DNA of 64,000 nucleotides from Octopus sinensis. Taxonomy: Eukaryota. Each line of letters starts with the position of its first letter. Position 1 is the first letter of the stretch. Positions 1-13,132 of the stretch are shown in pieces. The notes beneath the pieces are model-generated. The model ran no database searches. It was not told the origin of the DNA and was given only the letters and a program-made list of their open reading frames with translations. The stretch lies in NCBI RefSeq assembly GCF_006345805.1, contig NC_043009.1, positions 18,290,001 to 18,354,000 of the forward strand. Reading direction: 5' to 3'. The translations under genes were made by a program, and so were the position numbers.

Positions 1-191
1 AATCTATCTATCTCTCGCTCTCTCTTTCTTTTCTCTCTCTTTATATATATATATATATATGTATAAGTATAATTATATATTTAAAAATTAATTTTACCGA
101 CATGGTCATTTTTTATACGCTAGCCACTGATATAATCATTTTAATGATTATATCCTCAATTCATATATATAATATATATATAATATATATA

Positions 192-222
<31 letters not shown>

Positions 223-262
223 CGTATGTATGTATGTATGTATGTATGTATGTATGTATGTA

Positions 263-955
263 TTGGGTTGGCAACTAAGTTCCCGCTGTTTTTAATTTTG
301 GAATTTATTGTTTTTTTAAATTTTGCAACCTATTTTTTTCGAGAATTCTATTTTTGAATTATTTTTGAATCTTTTTTTTTCTAGTTAATTTTAGTTATTT
401 TTTGTTTATTTTCAGATCATTAAAATGGGATGTCAAGTTAAGAAAAACGAGCATTTTCGACACCTCCTTCTTTTTGCTTTTAATCAAGGTTCTAACGCCG
501 CAAAAGCTGTTCGCGATATTTGTGCTGTATATGGAGAGGGTGCTATAGCTGAGAGAACCGCTCGGGATTGGTATGCCAAGTTCAAAAATGGAAATTTTGA
601 CCTCAAAGACGCACCGCATTCTGGCCGTCCAGTTGTGTTCGATGAAGCGCGATAAAACCAACTTTTGTACGAAAATTCTCGTCACACGACAAGTGAACTG
701 GCAGAGGAAATGGAAAGCTCCCACACTGCTATAGAGAAGCATCTTCACTCGATGGGAAAGGTTCAGAAGTATGGAGTATGGGTTCCGCATGCTTTAAGTG
801 ACAACAACAAAAATCAACGAGCCACAATCTCCGCTGGCTTGCGTGCTCGTCACCGATCAACTCATGGACACAAGCAACGATTTCTTTACTGAATCGTTAC
901 TGGCAACGAAAAATGGTGCCTGTACATCAATATGAAGCAGCGTGAGGAATGGCTT
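263..955 (+). mobile_element. mariner transposon, 5' two-thirds (mellifera-subfamily-like), decayed
   Basis: TA then TIR-like TTGGGTTGGCAACTAAGT at 263. ORFs 425-655 and 665-892 are in one frame separated by a TAA: HTH region, GRP, WVPHAL. After TGA at 890 the frame continues IVTGNEKW (first catalytic D changed to N). Truncated near 955. Confidence 0.92.
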
Positions 956-1782
956 ATCCATCTATGAATATATATATACATACAAAAACATACATACACA
1001 TACATATACATATGAACACATTTCGACATTTCCACCTATATTTACTAAATTACAAAATATATGTCTGCCCATCAAAGGACGTATACATACACAATAAGCA
1101 AACAGAAATTACTATTAATTAAGATATAAGTAAATTAATTATAAATTAAATTAATTATAAATTAATAAGTACCAAAAAAAGAATGAATGAATAAATAAAT
1201 AAATGAATAAAAATACAAGTAAAAATAAATACATAAATCAATAAATAAATAAATAAGTAAATAGAAATATATATATATATATATTATATATATATATTAT
1301 ATAAATATATATTATATATATATATATATCCATGTATAGATAAATAGATAAATAAAATAAAATACAAATTTAGATGGGTACAAAGATAAACTTAATATAT
1401 GAGGCTGCCAAACAAATACACGCGAAAAAAAACCGTATATGCTCATCGAAATAAACAACGTATACTACTTATAGACTCACATTTGTTACATATTGGTATA
1501 GCAAAAACCCAAACCAGTGCCCTAAGATATGATGCGCATATACACCCTACACACATAAAAGACTCTGTGGAGATCAGAATATCATGCATATATCATAATA
1601 ACTATATATTTCAGTATATTTTTCAAGCCGGGACAAAAACAATCAATATAGAACATATATATGGAGATACAAAATTATAAATTATAAATTATAAGGACCA
1701 ATAGTACAGTCCTATATAGAGGAATGTTAAAAGATTACTGGTAGAAAAATTATGTGTTATTTAAATATAGAGAAAGTATACG

Positions 1783-2076
1783 CTAATTTGTGAAGGCAAA
1801 ACAATTTCTCTCGTTAATGTTATTAATAATGGGTAGGCCAGCCTTGATGATGAAGAATATTTCATTGATACATAAAGAGCATTTTTTATTTCTACTATTG
1901 TATACAGGTGCAGAAGTTAGTATTTCCCAATCTAATTTAAAATCTATGTTCTTACTCTTGAGTTCCCAGATATACGTACTTAACCCCGTAGAGTTCATCC
2001 TAATTTTATTTTTAAAAGTATATCTATGATAGTTTAGCCGTTGTTTTATACTATTTTTAGTCGCACTAATGTACAC
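1783..2076 (-). pseudogene. Penelope-like element GIY-YIG endonuclease fragment
   Basis: ORF YISATKNSIKQRLNYH...NSTGLSTYIWELK...WEIL...CSLCINE matches the PLE endonuclease motif series (YIG, KxR, H, LSxYIWxLK, CxLC). Confidence 0.85.
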
Positions 2077-2429
2077 CCTGCTATTATGCTGTGTATTTAC
2101 AGTGCATTGGTAAATAATAATATGAAGGATGATATTGATAGCATTAGTGGTAATGACAAAGATAATGATGCTAACATTAATGACATTTTGGAAATTAATA
2201 AGAATTAATATTATGTACTCTTGACTCTGTATATCTGCATTTGGGTATTAATATGTGTATGTTTTTCTACATTGTAATTATCACAATATTAAGTTGAAAA
2301 ACTGTAACATTGAATGTGGAACATATGTATGTTTATTAATTTATATTATTTATATCATTATGTATATGTATATTTATATGTATAGGAGTATGAGTATATG
2401 CACTCATATGTATATGTATATGTTTTATT

Positions 2430-3005
2430 ATGGGTATGTACCCGCACCTGTATAAGTATGTATGTAATCTGATTTGTATCACATAATCTCCGAAGAGGCC
2501 TTAGGATATTTTTGTAAATGTCTCATTTATAACTACATATTGACCTACCATAAATGGCTAATATAAGTAAAATGAGACATACTTATCTACATGGCCGAAA
2601 CAGCTGTAAGATGTAGTCTATATTTATATTGATAGTACTTATATTACATTCTCTTATACATATTCTACTTATTGTATAACATTACTCTTTTAGGTACACT
2701 CCTTTATGTACACTGTTTTGTTCTACATTATTATGTTTAACCTTATAGTTCTTATGTGGTGGTTTAATAAAGTATGTGATTGAGTATTATCTGGTAAATG
2801 ATATTTGATTCGATGTATTTCTCCATTTTTTATTTTGTATTATGAATTTGGTAAATCACTTTACCTTTGCCCATATAATACAGTAAATGAAATAATTGCA
2901 ATCGCAATTCTTAACATTTATGTATTAACTTTCTTGGGTACTTCACTGGCAGTATATTGGATATATGTTATCCCATGGAGGGTTGCATTTACAACCCCTA
3001 TCTCA
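2430..3005 (+). mobile_element. PLE pseudo-LTR (HHR-bearing), antisense to the adjacent endonuclease fragment
   Basis: Contains the HHR at 2486-2612. Segment 2860-3005 is clearly homologous to 62415-62560 (ttacctttgcccatataatacagta...gcagtatattggatatatgttatcccatgg...caacccctatctca). Confidence 0.7.
2486..2612 (+). ncRNA. type I minimal hammerhead ribozyme motif, U4C variant
   Basis: ATCT-CCGAAGA-GGCC..(96 nt containing hairpin ATGTCTCATTT/AAATGAGACAT)..GGCC-GAA-ACAGCTGT-A-AGAT. Confidence 0.75.
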
Positions 3006-3048
3006 ATTTATTATATATATATATATATAATCTATATATATTATTATA

Positions 3049-3094
<46 letters not shown>

Positions 3095-3105
3095 AATATA
3101 TTCTT

Positions 3106-3512
3106 TTATTCTTTTGCTCTTTTGTTTCAGTCATTTGACTGTGGCAACGCTGGAGCCACCTCTAGTCGAGCAACTTCGCCCAGGACTTATTCTTTGTAAG
3201 CCTAGTACTTATTCTATCGAATCTTTTGCCGAACCGCTAAGTTACGGGGACCAGCATCGGTTGTTAAGAGATTGTGGTGGGACAAACACAGACACAAATA
3301 CATATATATTTCAGTTTCCGTCGACCAAATCCACTCACAAACCATTGGTCGGCCCAGGCTACAATGGAAGACACTTGCTCAAGGTGTTACGCAGTGGGAT
3401 TGAACCCGGAACCATGTGGTTGGGCAGCAAGCTACTTACCATACAGCTACTCGTGTGTCTTATTATATATATATATATATATATATACTTACCACACAGC
3501 CACTCCTGCGCC
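3106..3512 (-). mobile_element. tRNA-derived SINE, family A (Octopus OR-type-like), with an extra head fragment
   Basis: Reverse complement of the family A consensus seen at 3589-4005 and 60443-60860; B-box GGTTCAATCCC; second head at 3488-3512. Confidence 0.85.
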
Positions 3513-3588
<76 letters not shown>

Positions 3589-3590
<2 letters not shown>

Positions 3591-4005
3591 CGCAGGAGTA
3601 GCTGTATGGTAAGTAGCTTGCTAACCAACTACATGGTCCCAGGTTCAGTCCCACTGCGTGGCATCTTGGGCAAGTGTCTTCTGCTATAGCCCCGGGCCGA
3701 CCAATGCCTTGTGAGTGGATTTGGTAGACAGAAACTGGAAGAAGCCTGTCGTATATATCTGTATATATATATGTGTATGTGTGTGTGTGTTTGTGTGTCT
3801 GTGTTTGTCCCCCTAGCATTGAATTACAACCGATGCTGGTGTGTTTACGTCCCCGTCACTTAGCGGTTCGGCAAAAGAGACTGATAGAATAAGTACTGGG
3901 CTTACAAAGAATAAGTCCCGGGATCGAGTTGCTCGACTAAAGGCGGTGCTCCAGCATGGCCGCAGTCAAATGACTGAAACAAGTAAAAGAGTAAAGAGTA
4001 AGAGT
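3589..4005 (+). mobile_element. tRNA-derived SINE, family A, full length
   Basis: GGCGCAGGAGTAGCTGTATGG (A-box), GGTTCAGTCCC (B-box), internal (TA)/(TG) tract, tail GCAGTCAAATGACTGAAACAAGTAAAAGAG; many copies in the window. Confidence 0.9.
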
Positions 4006-4011
4006 TATTGT

Positions 4012-4054
<43 letters not shown>

Positions 4055-4060
4055 TATATG

Positions 4061-4117
<57 letters not shown>

Positions 4118-4798
4118 ATTTATGTGTATATATTACTTAGATAAGTTGGATAAAGAATGGTTATTCCATTTTTTGACAACCGTTTCGAAATCTCTTACAT
4201 ATATTATTCGCAAATCCTCGATAGCTGCGTAGTTGGCGGAGAGTTTGCAGTAAATTCTTTTTGATTCTTCGTACCCCTAATCCTTTTTATAAATACATAC
4301 ATTCATATATAGAGGGGTTAAGAGTCCATAGAAATTAAAAGTTATGGCTTAGAAAATAAATAAAGTTGGAAAAGATATAAAAGTATATTTTAGAGAACGT
4401 TTAATATTTTCGTCAGAGTGAATAATTTAGAATATAACTGGTTCCGATGTATCCATCTTATCAAATATAAAAATGAATTCTTTTGATTGTCAAAGAGAAA
4501 AAAAATAGGAGTTAATAGTTCGTACCCATGTTTTAGTGCATAGTGAAATTTTGTTTTAGTGTCAATACTTATATATGGTTTGCCAATGTAGGTTTGGGGT
4601 GGGGTTCAAGAGTTCAAGTTGCAGGAATTATATTGAAAAGAAGTCCTCGACTTCCAAAAAAATTCTTTTAAATATTTGATGAGTTGGATACATCAAACCC
4701 GGTTATATTTCAAATCACTCACTGTAACAAAAATATCTAATATTCTCTAAAATATAATTTTGTACCTTTTCCAACTTTATTAACTTTTTTAACTACAC

Positions 4799-4831
<33 letters not shown>

Positions 4832-4843
4832 TACACACACACA

Positions 4844-4874
<31 letters not shown>

Positions 4875-4924
4875 TACACACACAATTAAGCACAGAAACT
4901 CAAAAAAGTATGGAAAAAATAGTA

Positions 4925-5090
4925 CTTGAATAACAAAGGCAGAGTAATATGCTTTTATTAAAGCTGCAAAATTTTCACAGAATTGTTACTCAGAGTTTCA
5001 ATTTTCCCGTTCGTCGAACAGTTGTGATGAATACAATATTCATTACAAATGTCCGACGAACGGGAATGTGAAACCTTGCGCAACAAGCAT
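4925..5090. mobile_element. PLE pseudo-LTR tail with an inverted pair of decayed HHR motifs
   Basis: 4930-5023 is homologous to 33455-33563. ttcccgttcgtcgaaca (5004-5020) is followed by its inverse tgtccgacgaacgggaa (5050-5066). Confidence 0.7.
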
Positions 5091-5563
5091 GAATCAGAAA
5101 TAGTGAAATAAACAAACAATTAGAAAGCAATTAGCTGTGATAAAGAACTATATAACAAGATTAGCGCATTCGTTTTATGCTTTAAACGCGCGGATAATGA
5201 ATATGTGGGAGTCGTTTCCTAACGAACCGTTTCGTGATTTGTTAAACGTTCGGCAGAGGAGACCTACCCAGTCATTTTCCTCAATCGAAGGAACAGGATG
5301 CTTAGCTAACTCTTTGGTGGATTGCTGAATTCACATGTTATTACTTTAGATAGCTCATCTTGAAATGGATAATATATATATATTTTACACGACACAACAC
5401 TTTGTACTGTAGTAACGAAGTAAATATAAATTTAGAAAACAACAAACATACGTTTATACACACATATATACATACAACGCGGTGCTCCAGCATAGCCGCA
5501 GTCAAATGACTGTAACAAGTAAAAGAGAATATATATATTGATACACACACACGCGCACACACG

Positions 5564-5595
<32 letters not shown>

Positions 5596-6196
5596 TGCAC
5601 ACACGCACACACACACATGCACACACACAACATGCACACACACACACAAAACATTGATTAGAGAACAAACATCAAATTCGAGTCAACGACTTTATATAAC
5701 ACCACGCATTCATACATTTGATCATATGTAAATATTACCATGGCCTTTAACATAACAAGAATATATATATAAAAACACAGAAGGTAAAAAATATATATAC
5801 AAATAAAAATACAAATATATAGGACGGCCTATCAAGAAGGTACGTAAAATGGACTAAAATTTTTAAAGCGAGTCATGCGATTAAAAATCTAAATAAAATA
5901 AAATATCAACCGACTACAATAATTTTTACTCCCCTCAAATAAAAATATGTCAAAAAGTTCATTTCATAAAAACCAAGGTAGGTTGGAGTCCAGGAGTTCG
6001 CAAAATCAAGCCGAACACATCTATGGCCATTTCAGGAGTTCAATACCACGGTTCCATCACAAGTCAAGGTGCAATCTCGGCAATGACCCCTCATGAGGAT
6101 GAACAAAAATCTCAACAAAATTGTATGTATGTATGTATGTATGTATGTATGTATGTATGTATGTATGTATGTATGTATGTTCTATCTATCTATCTA

Positions 6197-6234
<38 letters not shown>

Positions 6235-6713
6235 TAAATATAGACATATATATGTGTGTGTGTGAGTGTGTGTATATATATGTATGTGTGTGTATGCATA
6301 TATATATATTTATGTGTGTTGTGTGTGTGTGTGTGTGTGGTGTGTGTTGGTGTGTGTGTGTGTGTGTGTTGTGCATCTAGCTATATATATATATTATATA
6401 TTGATTATTCATTTTTATACTTTTTGTGATCTAGTTATATGTTTTATAAAATATATATTGTATTTGTTATGTATGATATGGTTTATGTCTATCATTGTTT
6501 GAATTACATAATAGTGGCTTTTCTCTAATTATGAAAAATATATAAAAATTTATAAATATAAATTAATAATTTTAATTTTAAATTTAAATAATCTAAATTT
6601 TTTAATTCTATATTTTATATATTTTGTATATTATATTAATTATTTTTATTTTTATATTTTGGTTTATGTTATTCACTGTTGATTTGCCTAATAGTGGTTT
6701 TATCTCTAATTTA

Positions 6714-6761
<48 letters not shown>

Positions 6762-6819
6762 TGCTCTTTCATTTCGACCAGTTGGACTAGTGCGTGAGTG
6801 TGTGCACGCGTGTATGTGT

Positions 6820-6862
<43 letters not shown>

Positions 6863-7921
6863 CTTCATTTACATGCCAGAAAGATACAAAAATCACTTAA
6901 GTGCTGAGAATTCCGTGTAGGACAATTATTAGTATGTTAAGTTCCACGCACGGAATTCACCTTTCCCGAGTCACTTTCGAAATTTTGTACCAATTGAAGA
7001 TACTATATATTTATATGTATGTGTACACACACACATACACAGACATACACGCACACACACATACAAGTCTTTCTATGTTGTATTTGGATGGGTATTATAG
7101 CCTATCGGGTATTCTGTGTGGTGACGTTGCTAGCCCCTCACTCAACTTTTGTATATTTCTATCACCACCCGTTTCATACCAGAGTGAGAGAGAGAGAGAG
7201 AGAGGCAGAAAGAAGCGAAGAGGGAGAGAAAGTAAGAAGAGGGAAAGGAATTAACACCAATATTTGACTGGTACTTAGTATGTATGTATGTATGTATGTA
7301 TGTACACACACATGCTTGTGCTTACATACCAGTACACAACCCTACAAATCAAAGAAGGAGCCCGAACTTTCCAAGGTGGTAGGAATAGAAGTGAAATAAC
7401 ACTCACTGCCTTTTAAAAAGATGAAAAATAAAGAAAATATGCAAAAAAATAAAATTTTAAATTTCTGTTATTTCATGCCTTTTATCTACTATGTCAACAC
7501 TGATTTTGGTGTTAAACAAACCAAAAAAAAAAAAAAAAAACGACAATAATTTTTCATATATAAGCACAATCCTCCATACGTATATACACACAAACGCAAA
7601 TTGACACACAATCACACACCTCATGCATATATTCACACACACACACACACTACATACATACATACATACACCAGCATACATACATACATACATACATACA
7701 TACATACATACATACATACATACATACATACACACACACATATTTAAAAGTGACAGTGAAATCAAATTCAAACAATATATAAAAATAATAGTTCATGCAT
7801 GAACATTTATGGATACTGAAAGAGAAAAAAATTTCTTGCTATCGATGGGTGAGAATTATCCATGGAACATACCTATGGAAAACTAATAGGATCAGAATGT
7901 GGTTGAGTTCAGGTTATATAC

Positions 7922-7977
<56 letters not shown>

Positions 7978-7978
7978 G

Positions 7979-8036
<58 letters not shown>

Positions 8037-8172
8037 TGTGTGTGTGTGTGCATAGAGAGAGAGAGAGAGGTGTCTGCTGTACTCTTTCACCACAACTTCC
8101 TCTCACTCTTTCTTCCTGTTTCTGTTGTACCTGTATTTGAAAGGGTCAGCCATGTCACACTCTGTGTCACCC

Positions 8173-8233
<61 letters not shown>

Positions 8234-8319
8234 TACATATACACACATACAAAGATATAAACACACATACATATTATTTGGAGCGAAAAAGTATTTGAAC
8301 ATTTTTCAAATAAAATTAG

Positions 8320-8542
8320 GCACTAAATATTGGTTTCAAATTCTGGCACAAGGCAAGCAATTTCGGGGAAGAAGTAAATCGATTACATCGACCGCAGGGC
8401 TTATCAGGTACTTATTTTATCGATCCCGAAAAGATGAAAGATAAAGTCGACCTCGGCGGAATTTGAAATTAGAACATAAAGACGGATGAAATGCCGTCGA
8501 GCATTTTGTCCAGGGTGTTAACGATTCTGCCAGCTCACCTTA
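8320..8542 (-). mobile_element. tRNA-derived SINE, family B
   Basis: Reverse complement of the family B consensus (cf. 42452-42666): TGGCAGAATCGTTA head, aattccgccgaggtcgac core. Confidence 0.85.
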
Positions 8543-8547
8543 CACAC

Positions 8548-8785
8548 CCACTAAATATTGGTTTTAAATTTTAGCACAAGGCCAGCAATTTCAAGGGAGG
8601 AAGTAAGTCGATTATATCGATACCAGTACTCAAATGATACTTATTTTATCGACCCCGAAAGGATGAAAGGCAAAGTCGACCTCGGTAATATTTGAACTCA
8701 GAACGTAAAGTCGAACGAAATTGTCGAACGAAATTCCGCTAAGCATTTTGCCCGGCGTGCTAACGATTCAGTTGGCTTAACACTT
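8548..8785 (-). mobile_element. tRNA-derived SINE, family B (tandem neighbour)
   Basis: Same consensus; B-box GAGTTCAAATA; lies directly head-to-tail with the previous copy. Confidence 0.85.
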
Positions 8786-9644
8786 CATATCCACTAAATG
8801 TTGGCAAAAAATTATGATGGATTTACAAGTTATACGGTTAATTGATATAAATTAAATACATCTTATTTTTTAGCATATAAATCGACCAGATGTCCCAAGT
8901 TTTCAGCCTAATAAAACTTTGAACATATACGAATTTCTAGTTACATTTTAGCTAAATGAATTTCTTTAAAAACTCATTTCTAAAACAAAATGTCCTTTAT
9001 ACTAATTTTTCACATTTTTGCCTCAATATAACAGTTACAAAAGAAAACTTTCATTTTCAAATTTATTAACTGTACACGTTCATAAACTTGCAATCACCTG
9101 TATAATTAAACTTCCACCATGCGCACAGACAATTGTCACTGAACTTTGAGTCAACCATCGATCATATCTTATTTCTCCATTAATTATTGAACACTATTGT
9201 ACTTAAGCTATTTCTATTGGTACCTCACTATTTTTATCGATAATTCTACTCCCCCCATCACATCAATTTCTCCCGTTTTCAATATCTGAGCACGGCTATA
9301 TATATCAAATGCCTAGATTCTTAATCCCACTGAAAAATGTTCCTATGGCGAAATATTCAAATTCATATTTAATTCTATTTCGCATTAGAGTTATTTATTT
9401 AATGATACATACATACATACATACGTACATACATACATACATACATACATACATACATACATACATACATACGTACGTACGTGTGTGTGTGTGTGTGTGC
9501 AGGATCACGAGTAGCGATAACTTATAGAACTCAATACGTAATGATAGAGTATTCTTTAATACTTTATTACTGAAAGGTCATAATTTTCAGTTATCCGAGT
9601 TTCACGTTTCCACTCTTTTAACTGGTTAAATAAGCATGTTTCTC

Positions 9645-9710
9645 ATGTATGCATGATGCATGTATGTATGTATGTATGTATGTATGTATGTATGTATGTA
9701 TGTATGTATG

Positions 9711-9744
<34 letters not shown>

Positions 9745-10407
9745 TGTATTGTATGTATGTATGTATGTATGTATGCATGATGTATGCATGATGTATGTAT
9801 GTATGTATGTATGTATGTATGTATGTATGCATGATGTATGCATGATGTATGTATGTATGTATGTATGTATGTATGTATGTGTATGCATGTATGTATGTAT
9901 GTATGTATGTATGTATGTATGTATGTATGTATGCATGTATGTATGCATGTATGTATGTATGTATGTATGTATGTATGCATGTATGTATGCATGCATGCAT
10001 GTATGTATGCATGCATGCATGTATGTATGTATGTATGTATGCATGCATGTATGTATGTATGCATGTATGCAGTATGTATGTTGTATGTATGTAGTATGTA
10101 TGTATGTATGTATGTATGTATGTATGATGTATGTATGTATGTATGTATGATGTATGTATGTATGTATGTATGTATGTATGTATGCATGTATGTATGTATG
10201 CATGTATGCATGTATGTATGATGTATGTATGTATGTATGCATGTATGTATGTATGTATGTATGCATGTATGCATGTATGCATGTATGTATGTATGTATGT
10301 ATGTATGTATGCATGTATGCATGTATGTATGCATGTATGTATGTATGTATGTATGTATGCATGTATGCATGTATGTATGTATGTATGCATGTATGTATGT
10401 ATGTATG

Positions 10408-10439
<32 letters not shown>

Positions 10440-10806
10440 CATGTATGCATGTATGTATGTATGTATGCATGTATGCATGTATGTATGTATGCATGTATGT
10501 ATGTATGCATGCATGCATGTATGTATGTATGTATGTATGTATGTATGTATGCATGTATGCATGTATGTATGTATGTATGCATGTATGTATGCATGTATTT
10601 ATGTATGTATGTATGTATGCATGTATGCATGCATGCATGCATGTATGTATGTATGTATGTATGCATGATGTATGTATGTATGTATGTATGTATGTATGTA
10701 TGCATGATGTATGTATGTATGTAATGTATGTATGCATGCATGCATGCATGTATGTATGTATGTATGTATGTATGTATGTATGTATGTATGTATGTATGCA
10801 TGTATG

Positions 10807-10840
<34 letters not shown>

Positions 10841-10850
10841 TGTATGTATG

Positions 10851-10884
<34 letters not shown>

Positions 10885-10986
10885 TGTATGTATGTATGCA
10901 TGTATGTATGCATGTATGTATGTATGTATGTATGTATGTATGTATGTATGTATGTATGTATGCATGCATGTGTGTATGTATGTATG
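9645..10986. repeat. about 1.34 kb (TATG)n microsatellite with interspersed CATG/GATG units
   Basis: Directly visible; source of the 300-450 aa YIHT/MYVC pseudo-ORFs. Confidence 0.99.
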
Positions 10987-13132
10987 TCATTTCTCAGTTT
11001 TATTTCAAGATTTACTAATAAAGTGCCGGTTTCTAACCTACATCCCAGGCTCCTTCATTAGAATTGCAACATCAACAACAGGTATGTATGTATGTATGTA
11101 TGTATGTATGTATGTATATGTGTAGATTTGTATATTTTGCTTTATGCATGTATTCTCATGCATATAATTGCATATCTAGACACGCTCATATATATTAAAA
11201 TGATAAACTTCTGGAATGTTTTACAGATATTTACAGTTCCAGTAATAGATTGGATCTGTCGTCCTCGAATTAGCTCACTAATATGTAAGTGTGTGTGTGT
11301 ATGTGTGCGTGCGCGGGTGTAAATATATGTATACATGCATAGCAGATGTATTTATAAACCGGATCGCATTTTCCATGCAGTCCATAATATTGACCACGCT
11401 CTACTTATCGGACCGTGACTACCGTGCTGTTTTGTTTTGTAGATTATATTTTGCTCTGTATCACCCCTCCTCCTCCATAATCTTCTTCTTCATCTTCTTC
11501 TCCCCTCTATACTCTATTTTAAGAAAGTCTTAGTTATGTATGTGTCTGCACATACACACATGCATGCACATATATCGCATATTCACATGTTTATAAGCGT
11601 TGTGCATTTAAGTATATCGGCGTGTATTCTATGCATGCACAGGTCTACATCTGCATGAATGTATCTATGCATTAGTCTCTATCTGCATGGATACACTGCA
11701 TGCATTAGTCTATATGTGCGTGCATGTATGCATATGCATGCATTTGTGGATGCGTATATGGAGGTGTGCACATGTACGCGTTTTGCAAGTAGTATATATA
11801 TATATCTATGAGTGTATGTATGTACAAGTGTGGCTGTGTGTATGTTTATATTGGTGCGCTTACGTATGCAAATAATCCGTTAACTAAAATAGGACTGCTT
11901 CCAGTTTGAAACGGAGTTGCGACTTTTATGGGATGAGAAGGGGATTATGACGTTGTGGGTAGCTCTGCCTGGGGTGGATTTCGGCTTGGGTAGGGCTGCA
12001 ATAAATTGCAAGTAGGGGTTGGATGAATGTTGTTAATAGTAATGAATTTGAAGGGGTTTGATGAGGTGTTGTTAGAATGTTATAGGTAGAGGGTGGGGTA
12101 GCGGATTCCCTGTTGCTGTGAGGGGTGGCTGAGATGTTGCAGACGAAGTATCGGTGTAGTATTATTAGGTGTATTGCTGGGGATATTATTAGGGCTGTTA
12201 GTGGAATAATGATCTCGTATTTAGCTTCGATCTAGATTTCAAGAGAGGAGGAGATAGTGAGAAAAGAGAGGGAGTGATATAAGGGAGACAGAGAATCAGG
12301 ATAGCAGAGAGATAGATAAAAGTACGAATAGAGAGAGAAAATGAGTGAGAGAGCGAAGAAATAATTGAAAGAAAGAGTAGTACAGAGAAGGAAGAGAGAG
12401 AGAGAGAGAGAGAGAGAAAGGAGGGAGAAAGGGAAGGAAGGGAGAGGGGGAGAAAGGGGAGGGAGAGAGAGGGGGACAGTGAAGGAAAAACAGAAAACTT
12501 AAGGAAGGAGTGGTTGCGTGAGAGAGAAAGAGCCAGTTAAGTATAACCCCACAATCCGACACAGAATAAGAGAGGAGGAATTGAGTGAGTGAGAGAGGAG
12601 AAGGGAGAGAGAGAGAGTGTGGAGGGGGAAGGATGGGTGCAGTATGGGGGTGTGGTGCTAGGAGACAGTGATAGATTGACAGAGATAAATAAAATAAAAT
12701 ATATCCTTGTCTCCTTCAAAAGTATGATGAAACACGTGGATTCCATATGCTACCATGAAGAATGGGACAACTCCTTCTACAGACCGATTCTTCTTTACCG
12801 CCTCTAACAATACCCTTTACCATCAGTATTATAGTAGGATATATATTAGTATACATTACTACTATTCATTATCCAATCAATAATAACTGTTATTAACACA
12901 ATTAGCAAAACTGTCCTCTGTGTTATCAATCAAACACTACAAATTCTATCTGTCTGCCTGTCTGCCTGTCATTCTGCTTAACTCGATGTATTTGTCTCTT
13001 TCTCAGTATTTCTTCCACTCTTAGCTCCCCTCTTCTATCCTCTGTCACTCTATAGTCTTGTCATGGTAATATGATTGTGCTAAATCTGTCTTTGTACTCT
13101 GACATTGTAGCCTATAATTTACTACCTTTTTT

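Noticed and set aside
1015-1085. Further HHR-like traces at 1015-1085(-), 5990-6040(-), 10990-11080(-), 56200-56310(-), 62850-62900(-)
   Set aside because: Core or helices too degenerate to call by eye; not listed as ribozymes.
3589-3660. tRNA-like A/B boxes (here and in the other SINE heads)
   Set aside because: No complete cloverleaf; each continues into a SINE body.
2805-3819. 294-aa and other ORFs overlapping SINEs (also 57894-58538, 59286-59573, 60373-60690)
   Set aside because: They consist of SINE and microsatellite sequence; the recurring peptides reflect repeat copies, not a gene family.
9618-11125. ORFs of 300-454 aa (YIHT/MYVC repeats), also at 24314-25475
   Set aside because: Translations of (TATG)n, which lacks stops in all frames; no coding signal.
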